Of a stretch of 64,000 bases of DNA, positions 30,768-41,938 are shown piece after piece. A model generated the notes under the pieces. It was not told the DNA's origin. It made no database searches and saw nothing but the letters and a program-made list of their open reading frames with translations. Where the stretch lies: IMG/VR virus record IMGVR_UViG_3300045125_000155. One strand, written 5' to 3'. The stretch is from a virus. A program made the position numbers and the translations under genes. How positions within the stretch are numbered: position 1 is the stretch's first letter; each line of letters begins with the position of its first letter.

Positions 30768-30843
30768 CTCCAAAGTGCTAACTCTATCTACTATTTTGTT
30801 GTCAAAGAAATGCGACTACCAATTATTCTATGCGCCAAAAAAA

Positions 30844-31737
30844 TCACTTCTCGTCAATCTGCTTCTGAATTTCGGCTTCAAGCCGCTTGATTTCCTTTTT
30901 GCCAAGTTGCTGCTTGGTAATCGGCAACATCTTGCAACCAAAATACCGGTGAGAAAGCTCCCACGGCGAATTGAAATACCTGACATTCTTGCTGAAGTCC
31001 ATCGGTTCGGAATGAATTTGCTGCAAAAACTTGCAACCATCAGCAAACCACTCCTTCACCCAACACCGCTGATACGGATTGTAGTACCGCTCGAACTTGC
31101 CAAACTGCTGCTTCACAAGTTCGTCGGCAGTCGGCTTACGAAGACCGAACTTATACCAAATGCCATTCAACTTGTGATAATACTCAAGAGGATTCTTTTT
31201 GTCGTAAAACCTGTCAGTGTGAACCTTCTTCTTTGTGCGATAACGCGGCTCGCGGTCGTACTTCCGCAAAACACCATCAGAAGGATCAACGTAATAGGTA
31301 ACACGATACGAACTCTGGACTTCTTCGGGTCCAAAGTACCCGTGCTGCATGATCTTGTCGTTTTCGATCCAAGTGCGAGTCTCAACGATGCCATGGGCAA
31401 TGAGATGCTGCCAAACGTGATACTGAACAGCGTTGTTCAGATTCAAGTTGGACATGATCTCGCTGTAAACGTCATCCCACTTACGACCAACCTGCTTATT
31501 GAGAAAACGGTACAGTGGGTTGAGATTTTCGTTGAGCTGCTTCCTGTCGTCATAAGAACCAGGAGTTGAAGTGTGAAGCCGCTTCATCGAGTGAAACGAC
31601 CACACATCAACATCTTCGTCCTTTGAGGCGTTGCGAAGATTTTGCTTGGTATCACGACGATTTTGACGGATGTGCTTCTTGCCTTCGCCGCCAACACGCG
31701 GACGCTCAACAAGCACTTTGCTGATATCTGATCGCAT
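30844..31737 (-). CDS. Conserved hypothetical protein
   Basis: 297 aa; KVLVERPR and LNENLNPL.RFL.KQVGRKWDDVYSEI resemble a bacterial uncharacterised family. Confidence 0.8.
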   Translation of the reverse strand: MRSDISKVLVERPRVGGEGKKHIRQNRRDTKQNLRNASKDEDVDVWSFHSMKRLHTSTPGSYDDRKQLNENLNPLYRFLNKQVGRKWDDVYSEIMSNLNLNNAVQYHVWQHLIAHGIVETRTWIENDKIMQHGYFGPEEVQSSYRVTYYVDPSDGVLRKYDREPRYRTKKKVHTDRFYDKKNPLEYYHKLNGIWYKFGLRKPTADELVKQQFGKFERYYNPYQRCWVKEWFADGCKFLQQIHSEPMDFSKNVRYFNSPWELSHRYFGCKMLPITKQQLGKKEIKRLEAEIQKQIDEK

Positions 31738-31772
31738 ATAATATACCTCCAACTATACTATAAACTATCTAA

Positions 31773-31844
31773 TAGGCCGAGAGGGATTCGAACCCCCGAC
31801 TTATACCATGTAACGGTATCACTCTGCCGCTGAGTTATCGGCCC
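31773..31844 (-). tRNA. tRNA-Val(UAC)
   Basis: ATACC-GT-TAC-AT-GGTAT anticodon arm; TTCGAAT T-loop. Confidence 0.85.
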
Positions 31845-31868
31845 GCATTCCCCATCAAAGAATTCTAC

Positions 31869-32177
31869 TTATCGACCACCATATTGATCGTCGTCATTAG
31901 AATCCTCAAAATCATCTCCTTCACTCTCATTCGTATCAATTTCCTGCTGAATCCGCGACAACTGCGATTCAATCGACATTTTAGCTTTTTCAAGCTGCTT
32001 GGCGAAGGCAAACAAATGACCTTCGTTATCATGCAACTCTGTATTAAGAATCAGTGTAGCAAGTTCACCAGCCATCTTAGCATTCATCACCGTATGAACA
32101 TCCCCCAGATTATTGATGATAAACTTAGGGCTATTAGTGATCTTACGCGGACGATACGAACGCATACCTTCGGACAT
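31869..32177 (-). CDS. Hypothetical protein
   Basis: 102 aa; GAGGAG RBS. Confidence 0.75.
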   Translation of the reverse strand: MSEGMRSYRPRKITNSPKFIINNLGDVHTVMNAKMAGELATLILNTELHDNEGHLFAFAKQLEKAKMSIESQLSRIQQEIDTNESEGDDFEDSNDDDQYGGR

Positions 32178-33511
32178 TTTAGACTCCTCTAGATACAATA
32201 TCATTCTACTAACAATTGTAGAATGGCTCCTCTAATTTTACCTCACACGAATCTGCTGTCAATTTTGGGCAGGCGAATCGTGTGTAATTTCAATAATCGC
32301 TGGATACACCACCCAACCACCTAACGTAGCAAGACTATTATAATAGTCTGCGCATTTTTGTGCATCACGCATTTCGGCAAAAAACCTGCTTTCTGCGATT
32401 TTTTCAGAAGTAGGGAGCTTGCCATCCTTACGATTTACTGCCACCACATATACAAGATCACGCATTAAAACGATTCCTGGTTGTTTAGACGTACTTACTG
32501 AGTTGCTTGACGCTTTTTTCAATATGGGCCAGAATTTTACGTTCACAACGTTCAATAGCTTGCTCAAGCGTCCATGCTTGACCATCATATCTGAAATTTG
32601 GCATATCCAAATAGATATTGTATGCGTTTGTTAATGCAACGAAATCAATTTCACAAATGATGTAAAAATCAGCGGCACTACTGAAATCTTGATTCAAAGA
32701 TGCGTTGAGCCGATCTTTGGTTATTTGCCATTTGATTTTCTTTTGCTTTGCTTTTTCATACTCTTAGTTTTTTGCTAAAATTTTAGTCGCAAAAACAAAT
32801 ACCTAACATCAGGGCTTGATACCCAAAATCTTGCGGTCTTCGGGCGAAAGTTTAGTCGTTCATCATTTCATGAATTGGCGTAATAAACTTAGGCATAGCG
32901 CGTTGTCATTTTGGTATAGACAACAATAAATGGATAAATAACAAGTCCCAAGACAAGCAAGGTCAGAGGAATGAATAACATGATAATTAGGATATAGCAG
33001 ATCGTTGAAACTAAATGATAATTCATTGTTGTCCTTTCTGCTGGCAAATTCCCAAAATCTTGCGGCTCTGCAGGCGACAACTTGGCAAGTGCCGCATCAA
33101 CCTTCTTCTTTCGTTCTTGCTCTTGCAACTGCTTTTTGGTTGGACCCTTGGCTGCTCGGGCTGCCTGACGCTTGATGGCTCGCTCGCATTCGCCAATCGC
33201 CCTATCTAGCAACTGTCGCAGTTCGATGGCGTCGAGTTGATAATCAAAATGCGCAGCAACATCTCGATGACCATCAAAATCATAGTCAAAGTGAAAACGA
33301 ATGTCATTGCTGTGCGTGCGAACGAATGACGGATCAAGATCATATGATTTGGCAAAATTATTGACGATGCTATCGAACGTATCGCCATCTTCGATGGTCA
33401 CACGATAGTAGCCCATCGGATTGATACCCAGACGTTGCCACTCGTTGAGCTTCACGTTGTGAGGATCAAGTGCCTTCAACCGTTGGATCTGCTTGTGAAG
33501 GTCAATACCCA

Positions 33512-33781
33512 TCACTTGGTCTCCCGATTCTTACGACCATCCCAACCGTACTTCTCAATCAAGTCATCAGGCCATCCAAAATCGCCATCCTTCACCCAAA
33601 CGGTGGCCTCGGGTGCATCACGAGTACCATCAGGAAACAACTTATAACCCGCATCCAACAGCTTTGCGGTGGCCTTGTTGACAGTATTTGCGGCAAACGT
33701 GCGACGATTGTGGGCGTACCGTGCCGCCATCCATTGAAAGTCGATCAGATCAATAGCGTCAATAGGCAATTCTTTGGGCAT
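33512..33781 (-). CDS. Hypothetical phage protein
   Basis: 89 aa; GAGGA upstream. Confidence 0.65.
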   Translation of the reverse strand: MPKELPIDAIDLIDFQWMAARYAHNRRTFAANTVNKATAKLLDAGYKLFPDGTRDAPEATVWVKDGDFGWPDDLIEKYGWDGRKNRETK

Positions 33782-33898
33782 AATTATTTTCCTCGCAAAA
33801 TCAAGTGCAACGCAAGAAACACACGACAAGCAACAGCCAACTGGAACCTTACAAGCTTCTCATCAGTGCCAGAAACCTCGAACCTAAAAGATAAACGC

Positions 33899-34159
33899 TC
33901 AGCACCTCCAAAAACGGTGCCATAAGGAACTGCGAACAAACGTATAGGTGAATCCATCAGGCAAACAACGAGTGGCAGCATCCAAATCGTTGCTGATCGG
34001 ATGACGAGAATAAAAGGCAATTTCGCCGTTTTCGCTACGAAACCATCCCTCATTGTTATCGGTCACATAATCAGCGTTGAACTCGTATCCCTCATCCCTA
34101 GCAATCCAATAACGACATTCTTCTGTCGTCAATTCTCTTGGATTTTTAGTGGCCTGCAT
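33899..34159 (-). CDS. Hypothetical phage protein (likely frameshifted 3' end)
   Basis: ATG 18 nt from the motif at 34178. Confidence 0.6.
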   Translation of the reverse strand: MQATKNPRELTTEECRYWIARDEGYEFNADYVTDNNEGWFRSENGEIAFYSRHPISNDLDAATRCLPDGFTYTFVRSSLWHRFWRC

Positions 34160-34193
34160 GGCTGTCCACTCCTACTTGAAATTTTAGTCCTAA

Positions 34194-35231
34194 TCAGCTC
34201 TGCCGCCCAAGACTCGTCAAGGCGTAGCCGTTCGCATTCTTTTCAATCAAACCCTGTCGAACCAGCTTGAACACCGCCTGCTTCACGCTATTCACAGGGA
34301 CTGTCAGGCGTCAGAGCGTTTGCCCTGTCAACCAAACCTGACATATCCAGTCGTGACGAGCTTCTCAGAACCGACAGAATCGCATTCTTGACCGCGCTTC
34401 AGGCTTCACTTGCTTACGAGTAACCACCACTGGCTTTTCCTTCTTGCCAGCAAGCGTGGAAGCCATCTCCGCCAGCGAAGCCTTAGTTGCTGAAAGCGAC
34501 TCGATGATCTCGTTGCGCTTGATATCCAAGTCCTTCAGCTCTTGAAGGATACGCTTGTAATCGTCAGCAAGCTTGGCAAAGGCAACGGGATCGAAGTCAA
34601 GAGCAAAGTCGTCGCTCACAGTAACGGTCTCCTTCTTGCGTTCAGTCGGCTGAACAGGTGTGATAGTCTTGGATTCAATCAGCACAGGCTGAGCAGGAAC
34701 ATCCTGCTTCTGGTTGACAGTATGCTCGGCCAACCGGCTCGTAGCGTCAACGTCGGTAATCAGAATAGCATCGCTCGCATACGTCTTGCTGAATCCCTTG
34801 ATCGTTGATTCGGCATGTGCAAGGTCTCGATAAAAGATCGCAGACTGCACATTCTTTATCCACTTGCGATTCGAGCCAGCCCAAACACCCTCGGCCTTGG
34901 CACTGTAGATCACAAATCGTGTCTTGACAACAGCCTTCGTCTCGGTTTTTGTCTCTTGTTCGGTCATAAATTCTGCCTCAGTGATATCAAATTCGCAACC
35001 GCTCTTCCAGAATCGGAGACTGGCAAGCGGGACAATTTCTTCCTTGCGATGTGTGAATGGCTTGATACGAGCTTCGGTGCGGCTGATGACCGAAATCAAG
35101 AATGCTCGACCAGCGTGCGTGTGATTTGTGTCTTTGCGAAATGTTCGCACTTTGGCAAGGCAGCCAGCAGCTTCGGCAAGCTCAATCAATTTGCGTGCCT
35201 GAAAATCGGTAATACCAACCTGTGTTGACAT
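34194..35231 (-). CDS. Coiled-coil protein with a C-terminal winged-helix-like domain (frameshift near 34400)
   Basis: 288-aa ORF; alternate frame continues ILSVLR...SVKQAVFKLVRQGLIEKNANGYALT to a TGA at 34194. Confidence 0.65.
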
Positions 35232-35410
35232 ATAGCCAAATCCTAGATGACTACGAGTGCAATGTCAAACAAATTTACAAAATACTAGAAACGATTTTAT
35301 TGAATCGAATCCAACCAGTACCAACACTCATATATTTGTGTTGGAAATTTTAGTCCTGAAATAGCCCTGGTGGGACTCGAACCCACACGCCGTTTAAAAG
35401 ACTGCGGATT

Positions 35411-35629
35411 TTAAATTTCAGACCAGTTGGTGTATCCAGTTTTCTTGCTATATTTTCTCTGTTTTATTTCATGCTTTTCCTTTACTGGAAAATTACATAG
35501 TGGACATTTATTTTTCTTTGCAGAACATTTGGTAATGTCTTTATATCCTTTATAAAGGGCGGATATTGTCATACAAATTGCAAACAAAGATAAACAAAAC
35601 ACTGTAATCCAACCAAATATCTCTCCCAT
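35411..35629 (-). CDS. Small membrane protein with CxxC, inside the tRNA insert
   Basis: MGEIFGWITVFCLSLFAICM..., KCPLC; its TAA stop is the anticodon of the displaced tRNA half. Confidence 0.6.
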   Translation of the reverse strand: MGEIFGWITVFCLSLFAICMTISALYKGYKDITKCSAKKNKCPLCNFPVKEKHEIKQRKYSKKTGYTNWSEI

Positions 35630-35650
35630 AATTATTTTACCATTTTCAAA

Positions 35651-35723
35651 TAGGCGTGGTGGGACTCGAACCCACACTTTACGAATTTTAAATTCGTTGT
35701 CTCTGCCATTGGACTACACGCCC
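35651..35723 (-). tRNA. tRNA-Leu(UAA), short variable arm
   Basis: GGGCGTG/CACGCCT-A acceptor; ACGAA-TT-TAA-AA-TTCGT anticodon arm. Confidence 0.85.
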
Positions 35724-36281
35724 GATTCCGCTGCGTCTGCCATTCCGCCACAGGGCCTTTGATACTCAATTACTTCAATTCCTTTATGCAGTACGAATGA
35801 TTTCTGCGACAGTAATTTTTCTTTTCGCGCAAAAACCTGTACTCACAAAGTCTCGCAACACATCTTCAATCTCTTGCATGAAAGCAATGAAACGTGCCCT
35901 CTGGATAGGATTCAAAAAAATACCACCCTCCTGCATCAACCTATATACCGTAATAGTTGAAATAACTCGATCACGATATGCAGAGTTATTCGCAGCCTTG
36001 CTAGCCGTTTCGACAATATCAATCAACTCGGCCTGCTCCTCAATAGCCGCAATCACTCCAATCTTGGGCTTCGGAGCCTGCGATCCTTCAGCCTTCGCAG
36101 CTTCCTTTGCCTGCCGTTGACTCTTGAACGTACGAGTTACGTTAGGAGGCGGCTCCACAGGATTGTTCACATCAGGAACAGCAGTGGATGACTTCTTTGC
36201 AACCTTCTTTTTGTTGCCTTCTTCTTAGGCTTTTCTTCAACGACGACCGTGACTGTTTCTTCCATACATTTTTCTCCTCAA

Positions 36282-36366
36282 TGCCCTTGAGAGGACTTGA
36301 ACCTCTACTCCTTTAGGGGGAACTTGATTTTGAGTCAAGCGTGGCTCCCAATTACGCCACAAGGGC
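36282..36366 (-). tRNA. tRNA-Leu(CAA)
   Basis: GCCCTTG/CAAGGGC-A; CTTGA-CT-CAA-AA-TCAAG; long variable arm. Confidence 0.9.
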
Positions 36367-36399
36367 AACTCTGCAATTTTACACATCAGAAAATGCACA

Positions 36400-36930
36400 T
36401 CATTTAGTCATACTACAAACAATATCCGAAAACATCTTTCGCTGAGTGTTCGTGAGAATAAACTCAGATGCGTTCAACCTACACTCTACCTTTTTAGCAT
36501 TCACAATGTCAAGCAGGACAGTCGTAGGAATTTGAAAAATACCAAACTGCTCATCATGCAATTCCACAACCTTGCCATCAATCAAAAATTTGAAATCATA
36601 CACTCGATCCTTGTACACGAAGATGCTGATCTCACGAGGTGGAAACGGTGGAACAGACACGTTACCATCAACAGCATAGAAGAAACAAATCTGATTATTT
36701 CCAAAGTCAAAATAAGGATTAGTAAAAGATGTATGTTTATCAAACTTGTTATACTCAACGGCTACAGAGGTGCTTTTGCACTTGGGAAATGTATAGTTTT
36801 GCCATTCAGTGGCCCACTTCTCGTCAAGACTGATTTCTTTGCGAATGTTCGCAATAAGCGGGTCTTCGCGTTTATTGCAACTAGACGACGCAAAAATTGA
36901 ACACAAAACGATTGCTGTAATTTTTTTCAT
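36400..36930 (-). CDS. Putative lipoprotein
   Basis: MKKITAIVLCSIFASSSC lipobox-like N-terminus; AAAGGA upstream. Confidence 0.7.
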   Translation of the reverse strand: MKKITAIVLCSIFASSSCNKREDPLIANIRKEISLDEKWATEWQNYTFPKCKSTSVAVEYNKFDKHTSFTNPYFDFGNNQICFFYAVDGNVSVPPFPPREISIFVYKDRVYDFKFLIDGKVVELHDEQFGIFQIPTTVLLDIVNAKKVECRLNASEFILTNTQRKMFSDIVCSMTK

Positions 36931-36949
36931 AGCTTTTCCTTTAAGTAAA

Positions 36950-37031
36950 TGGGGACGACAGGACTTAAACCTGCACGTCTTTCGACACGGGAACCTAAAT
37001 CCCGCGCGGCTGTCAATTACGCCACGTCCCC
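36950..37031 (-). tRNA. tRNA-Leu(UAG)
   Basis: GGGGACG/CGTCCCC-A; CGGGA-TT-TAG-GT-TCCCG; long variable arm; T-loop variant TTTAAGT. Confidence 0.85.
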
Positions 37032-37039
37032 AAACCATC

Positions 37040-37335
37040 ATCCAGACGGTGATCTTGATCTTCACGTAACTGTCATCGCCAGAGTCCACTCCGACAAAAT
37101 CAGTGACTCGACGCTCATCATCGACATGCAAAAAACTGATCTTGTCTCCGACCGCAAGCATCGGACCTCCATCCATGTCAAAGAACTTCTGACCTTCGTT
37201 CAGAGTGCCACCACGACAATAGTGACTCTTGCCCTCAAGAACGTACTCATTCTCACTCACCTTCGTAATGATACGAGGAACAGCGTAGCGACTGCTGAAT
37301 TTTGCAGACTCACCGTTTGTCATTTTCTTCTTCAT
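37040..37335 (-). CDS. Hypothetical protein (3' end uncertain)
   Basis: N-terminal part of the 311-aa ORF that artefactually runs through the tRNA. Confidence 0.55.
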
Positions 37336-38972
37336 ATTATTACCTTTAATGTGAATCTTGATTTTTCGTTAGGAATGCTTGAGCCGTGCCAATTGCAATC
37401 TCATACTCATCAAGCGTCATTTTCAAAGCCTGCGAAACTTTAGTCTTAAACTCAAGACGATCCAGCGACTTTTGTGAATGAAGCACCTCGTCCATGGCAA
37501 TCAAAACACGTAGACTCTGCAAAATTGTATCATCTTCGAGCGGTGGATCAAGACTTTCGCCCAGAATTTTCCGGATCGACAATCTGAACCATGTCGTCCT
37601 CGACGTATGGATTTATGATATAGTTGGCGACTTCTTCAATGAAGTTGCTATCAATACCAATGTATCCGCCATCTATTTGATGCACATTTAGCGTAATGAT
37701 CTGACCAGGATTATGATTATCGTTGAGCGTGACACTTGTTATATATTTACTTGTTTTCATATTGTACTGTTCTTGCTGTCTTGAAATACTCCGTTCGCGT
37801 ATATTATCATGAAGAGCATAGTTGATCTCGTAGGCGTCATCAATTTTTTGCACAAAATCTAAAACTCGCACCTATGTCATCATTGACTAGGCTTTTGGAC
37901 CGAAATTTTAGTCCCGATCTTATCGACAAGAGCCTGGTGAATCGCATCTGAAGGACACCCATTATATTCAAGCCAGCCACTATCTTAGCATATGCACAAA
38001 GGTCTCTCATTGAACTTGCATATTTATGATACGTATATGCTCCACTATTACGATACTCAACAATCGCCCAACTTTGTGTTAACGCCACAATTGCAAACCT
38101 CACTTTGTGTGGCTCGTTTGTTTTCTGTAAGTACATGAGCTTCTTTTTCCTGCCAATCAGTCAAAAAACATAAAACGTTATCGATGAGAATTTTCTGTAT
38201 CTGTTTCCATATGTAATCTCTTATTGTGAAAATAAAAAACGCCTGAAACATAAGTTTCGGCGTTATGATGTTTTTTCTGCTGACTATCACTTATCGGACA
38301 GAACTTGACCGATGAATTCCAATCGTTTGTGCATACTTCATTACTTTCTGCATCATGTTTTCAGACATATAACCTGACACATCATTACCATAAGAATTTT
38401 GTAAGATTTACAAATGACTTCCAATACATGTTGTCTGTATTGTGTAGTTTTAACTGCTCACCACCAATAGTGACGCATTTACTATATTCTGCAAATCCAA
38501 AGTAAGCCATTTGCAGATTCTTTAACAAACATCCAAATGCAATGATCTGTGTAGGCGAAACAGTGTAAAGATTGTTTCGGTATAAGACTAAAGCTTGTGC
38601 ATGTAACTTGAATTCGTTCAAGTCTTCATCTTTTTGAACCGCACAATCCTGATCAAAAAACCTGTAAACGGGACTCGTGTACTCAAAAAGCGTTTCACAA
38701 ACCGTTTTCAGTGCTAGAAGTTTTTTGTATGTATCTTTTTTCGCGCAGAAAAGGTAAAGTGAAAATTTTCGCCACTTGACCGAAGAACTCTTCTATCAGT
38801 GGAACTAATCCCGTTTGCGCTCGAGATTATCTACTACAAGGTTCATGGCACAACTTCTTTCGTATTGTTTGATTTTTCGGATTCAATAATCTGTAGATAC
38901 TATAAGTAAAATCTTGAAAAATCAACTTCTTACGAGTGCTTTCCCTTGCTTAATCAAAACTAAACAAAATTC

Positions 38973-39525
38973 TTACATAGCAAAATTACGCAAATAATTA
39001 GCAATATCTTTTCTACCCATCTGAAATGCAATCTGATACGGAGTCATTCCACTATTATCTTTAATATCAGTTCGTGCTTGCTGATTCTCAACGAGGTCTT
39101 GCACAGCTTCTAATGTTCCTTTACTGGCTTCTACGTGTAAACGAGTTTGTCCGCCACGAAAAGATTTTTGATCCACAAGCTTCTCAGATGAAACTTGCGC
39201 AGTGGAACACTCTTTGTTTTTTGTAGATTGATTTTCCGCACAAACAAAATCTTGATAATCTTTTTAAAATCTGTGGCAAGTTCCTATGACAATCAATTTT
39301 GCTATTACGCTCAAGAAGACGCAATAGTGACTGATTATCAATCTTCTTCTCTGATACCCAATCAGAATGTAATTGCATGAACTCTCTGCGAGCTCGCTTC
39401 ATCACGAACTCTTTTAACATGTGCTTGTCAAAAGCTCGTGTGCCAGTTATAGAAAACAACTTCTCGTCAAACTGTTCAGAAAAAATGTCGCAATAAACTT
39501 CTTCGTTAGTATCTTCGAATGCCAT
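38973..39525 (-). CDS. Ankyrin-repeat protein (frameshifted)
   Basis: GQTRLHVEASKGTLEAVQDLV and GMTPYQIAFQMGRKDIANYL. Confidence 0.7.
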
Positions 39526-39668
39526 ACAATCGTCCTAATAATGCTCAGGACCAAATCCGTCTGGCCGCTACGAGCATCCCGCCCATTGTAACAAGACAAA
39601 TCGTTTTTTACGCCTCAAATAAGAAGATTTTTATCGCCACTTAAACTTCACACAAGTTATCCACATCC

Positions 39669-41230
39669 TCAAACCTCCAATTCTCGCATCTTGCGATAAA
39701 CCTGCCTCTCATCAAAGTGCGTGTCAATCTCAGTCAAAGTCATCGCAAACGTCTCGTTATGCATCGTCTCGACAACGTGTGCGACCTCATGCTTTGCATA
39801 TGCCATCAGACGCTTCTGACTAGCCATACTCGAAAGAAAATGTTGCAGGTTACCGTCCTCATCAACAGGATTCAACAACAGTGCAACAGCATTATCTTTT
39901 TGCATCTTCATCATCATCGCACGAGCATGATCCGAGAAAATCCAACCAATTCCCCAAACAACACCATTCATGCTGGGACGCGCCTGAAACAGTGCCTCAA
40001 AGGCATGCTCACAAGCAATTTTCCAGAACATCAACAACTTGTACATCACGCTGCCTTTGTTGATGCTGCGTCCGTTGCGATGCAGTGTAACCCAATTCGC
40101 AGGATTGTAGTTTTCAATCACACGACGAACTTTTTCGTTGTTCGTATCATCAACAATCACAACGTCAGGATAACGCTTGTTTGCAATCTCTTCCCTAACC
40201 TCCTCCAACTGCTTCATCTGCTTGTCTGAAATTTTAGTCGCAATTCCAACTCCGCCACCATTCACCGACACCAATGCCGTCACCCTTTCAGCTTCCTGCG
40301 CAGTGGTACCTGCAGCCTTTTCAACAACTTCCTCCGCCTGCCTGGTTGCCTTGCTAGACTTTGGTCCGGTAAAAAACAGACCCCTACCACGAACAGTCAT
40401 GTTCTTGCGAGTGAACTTGGGCTTGAGTGCCGACACCGTTTCAACCGCAAGTTCTTGCGTGAAACGATTCAAGACACCCATGTATCGCGATTGCATGCCG
40501 TCACGATTGGCCGTCAGGACCTCTCGACTCTTGCCAACGTAAACCTCAACAATAATGTGTGATTTGCTATTGATCCACTCAAGATACATCAGAGCATGCA
40601 TTCACACGCACAGCCAACATATTCTCATGCGAATAAGGCGCAGTTCTTACGCACATACACATCAGCAAATGCGACATCATCCTTTTCCAGATGACGAGTC
40701 ATGTTGCTCGACTTGTTCCATTCCGTAAACCTGATTCCATTCACAAAGACATGACAATTCATGTCGCTGAACATCAGATAACGCTCAAGCTATGAATTCA
40801 AGTCTGAAAGCGACTCGTCTTCCATCTCGACCGTCACGTTCGTTCCAGCAAGAGCGTCAGTCTTCTGAATCTCGTACTCGCCGCCTTCACCAATAACCAG
40901 GTTATCAAGCGTATGGATTTTGTACGACTTCATCGAGAAGCACGTCAGAATACGCGCCCGACCAAAGCCTCCAACCTGATCTTCGCCACCTTTGGTCGTA
41001 GCTCCCAGACTGAAGTACACGTTCTCCAAGATCTCGCGAGTCATGCCGCAGCCGTTGTCGCGGAATTCAACTCGAATCACATTATCAACTTGTTCCAATT
41101 CAATATCGATGCGAGTTGCACCAGCGTCGATGCTGTTCTGGAAAAATTCACGCCAAAAGGCAAACTGCCATTGGCTGTACATCCGACGCTCTTTGACAAA
41201 AAAACTCTTGGGAATACTGATGTTAGGCAT
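39669..41230 (-). CDS. GHKL (HATPase_c) ATPase with C-terminal HExxH motif (split by indels at about 40600-40790)
   Basis: REFFQNSIDA, FRDNGCGM, GATTK..VGGFG; C-terminal AKHEVAH. Confidence 0.8.
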
Positions 41231-41304
41231 TTGTTTACTCCTCGATCTGTGCCTTAGCCTTTCAAGCCAAAATTTTAGTCCAAAAGGCAAAAATCGGATC
41301 TGAC

Positions 41305-41337
41305 AAAAGAAAACCCCAACCGTTAGGAAGGGGTTTG
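41305..41337 (-). terminator. Intrinsic terminator
   Basis: AAACCCC...GGGGTTT hairpin followed by TTTCTTTT on the minus strand. Confidence 0.6.
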
Positions 41338-41365
41338 GTGATCTGTCAGACTGGGTTGACAGATA

Positions 41366-41938
41366 TTAGACGGGAAGGCTGGGGTCAGTGGCAGCGACCT
41401 GCTCTTCGGTAGCGTTGAAGCTTTCGAGGAACTTGGTGATGCCGTTGCTCGACTGCCACACGCCATGCTTGACGTTCTCGGCAACCTTGGCCTCGCTCAG
41501 CTTGCCCAGCGTCTGGCTGACCATCACGTTGAACGAAGCAGCGTTCGAGGTGTAACCAAGCTTCTCGACGCCAGCGATAATGTCGCTCACGCTCATCGGC
41601 TCGTTCGCCTCGGCCAACACCTGAGCAACAGCATGCATCAGGCTGATGCCGTTCGTGCTGCGGTTGCGGCTGCCCTTGGGACGGCCACGCTTGCCGCCGC
41701 TCGCCTTACGCTCAGTCTTGGGCTTGGCCTTGCGAGTGGCCTTCGGAGCCGCAGCCTTGTTCTTCGCGCGCTTGGGACGGCCCCGCTTGCTCGATGCCGA
41801 CTTCACCGTCTGAGTCGTGCCGCTGATCGACTCGATCACGCGAACCACGTTGGCGAGTTCGGCCTCCAGCTGAGCACGACGCTCATTGGCAGCCACCAGG
41901 ATCGGGTTCAAAACAGTCATGTTAACAGTCTTCGTCAT
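41366..41938 (-). CDS. Nucleoid-associated-like protein: coiled coil, two AT-hooks, winged helix
   Basis: KRGRPK twice in a Lys/Ala-rich linker; SLMHAVAQVL..MSVSDI..GY..VSQTLGKL..GVW. Confidence 0.8.
   Translation of the reverse strand: MTKTVNMTVLNPILVAANERRAQLEAELANVVRVIESISGTTQTVKSASSKRGRPKRAKNKAAAPKATRKAKPKTERKASGGKRGRPKGSRNRSTNGISLMHAVAQVLAEANEPMSVSDIIAGVEKLGYTSNAASFNVMVSQTLGKLSEAKVAENVKHGVWQSSNGITKFLESFNATEEQVAATDPSLPV

Larger units (their letters stand above)
30429..30805. repeat. 29-bp inverted repeat enclosing the intron-containing tRNA
   Basis: 30429-30457 TTGACAACAAAATAGTAGATAGAGGTAGC versus 30777-30805 (28/29 match to its reverse complement). Confidence 0.9.
35362..35757 (-). pseudogene. 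tRNA-Leu(UAA) interrupted by a 311-nt insert
   Basis: 5' half 35757-35727 (GGCCCTG..GCGGA) and 3' half 35415-35362 (TTTAAAA-TCCGC, long variable arm, CAGGGCT-A) complement each other. Confidence 0.8.

Noticed and set aside
36400-37335. Single 311-aa protein
   Set aside because: It reads through tRNA-Leu(UAG); better explained as two genes, with a lipoprotein start at 36930
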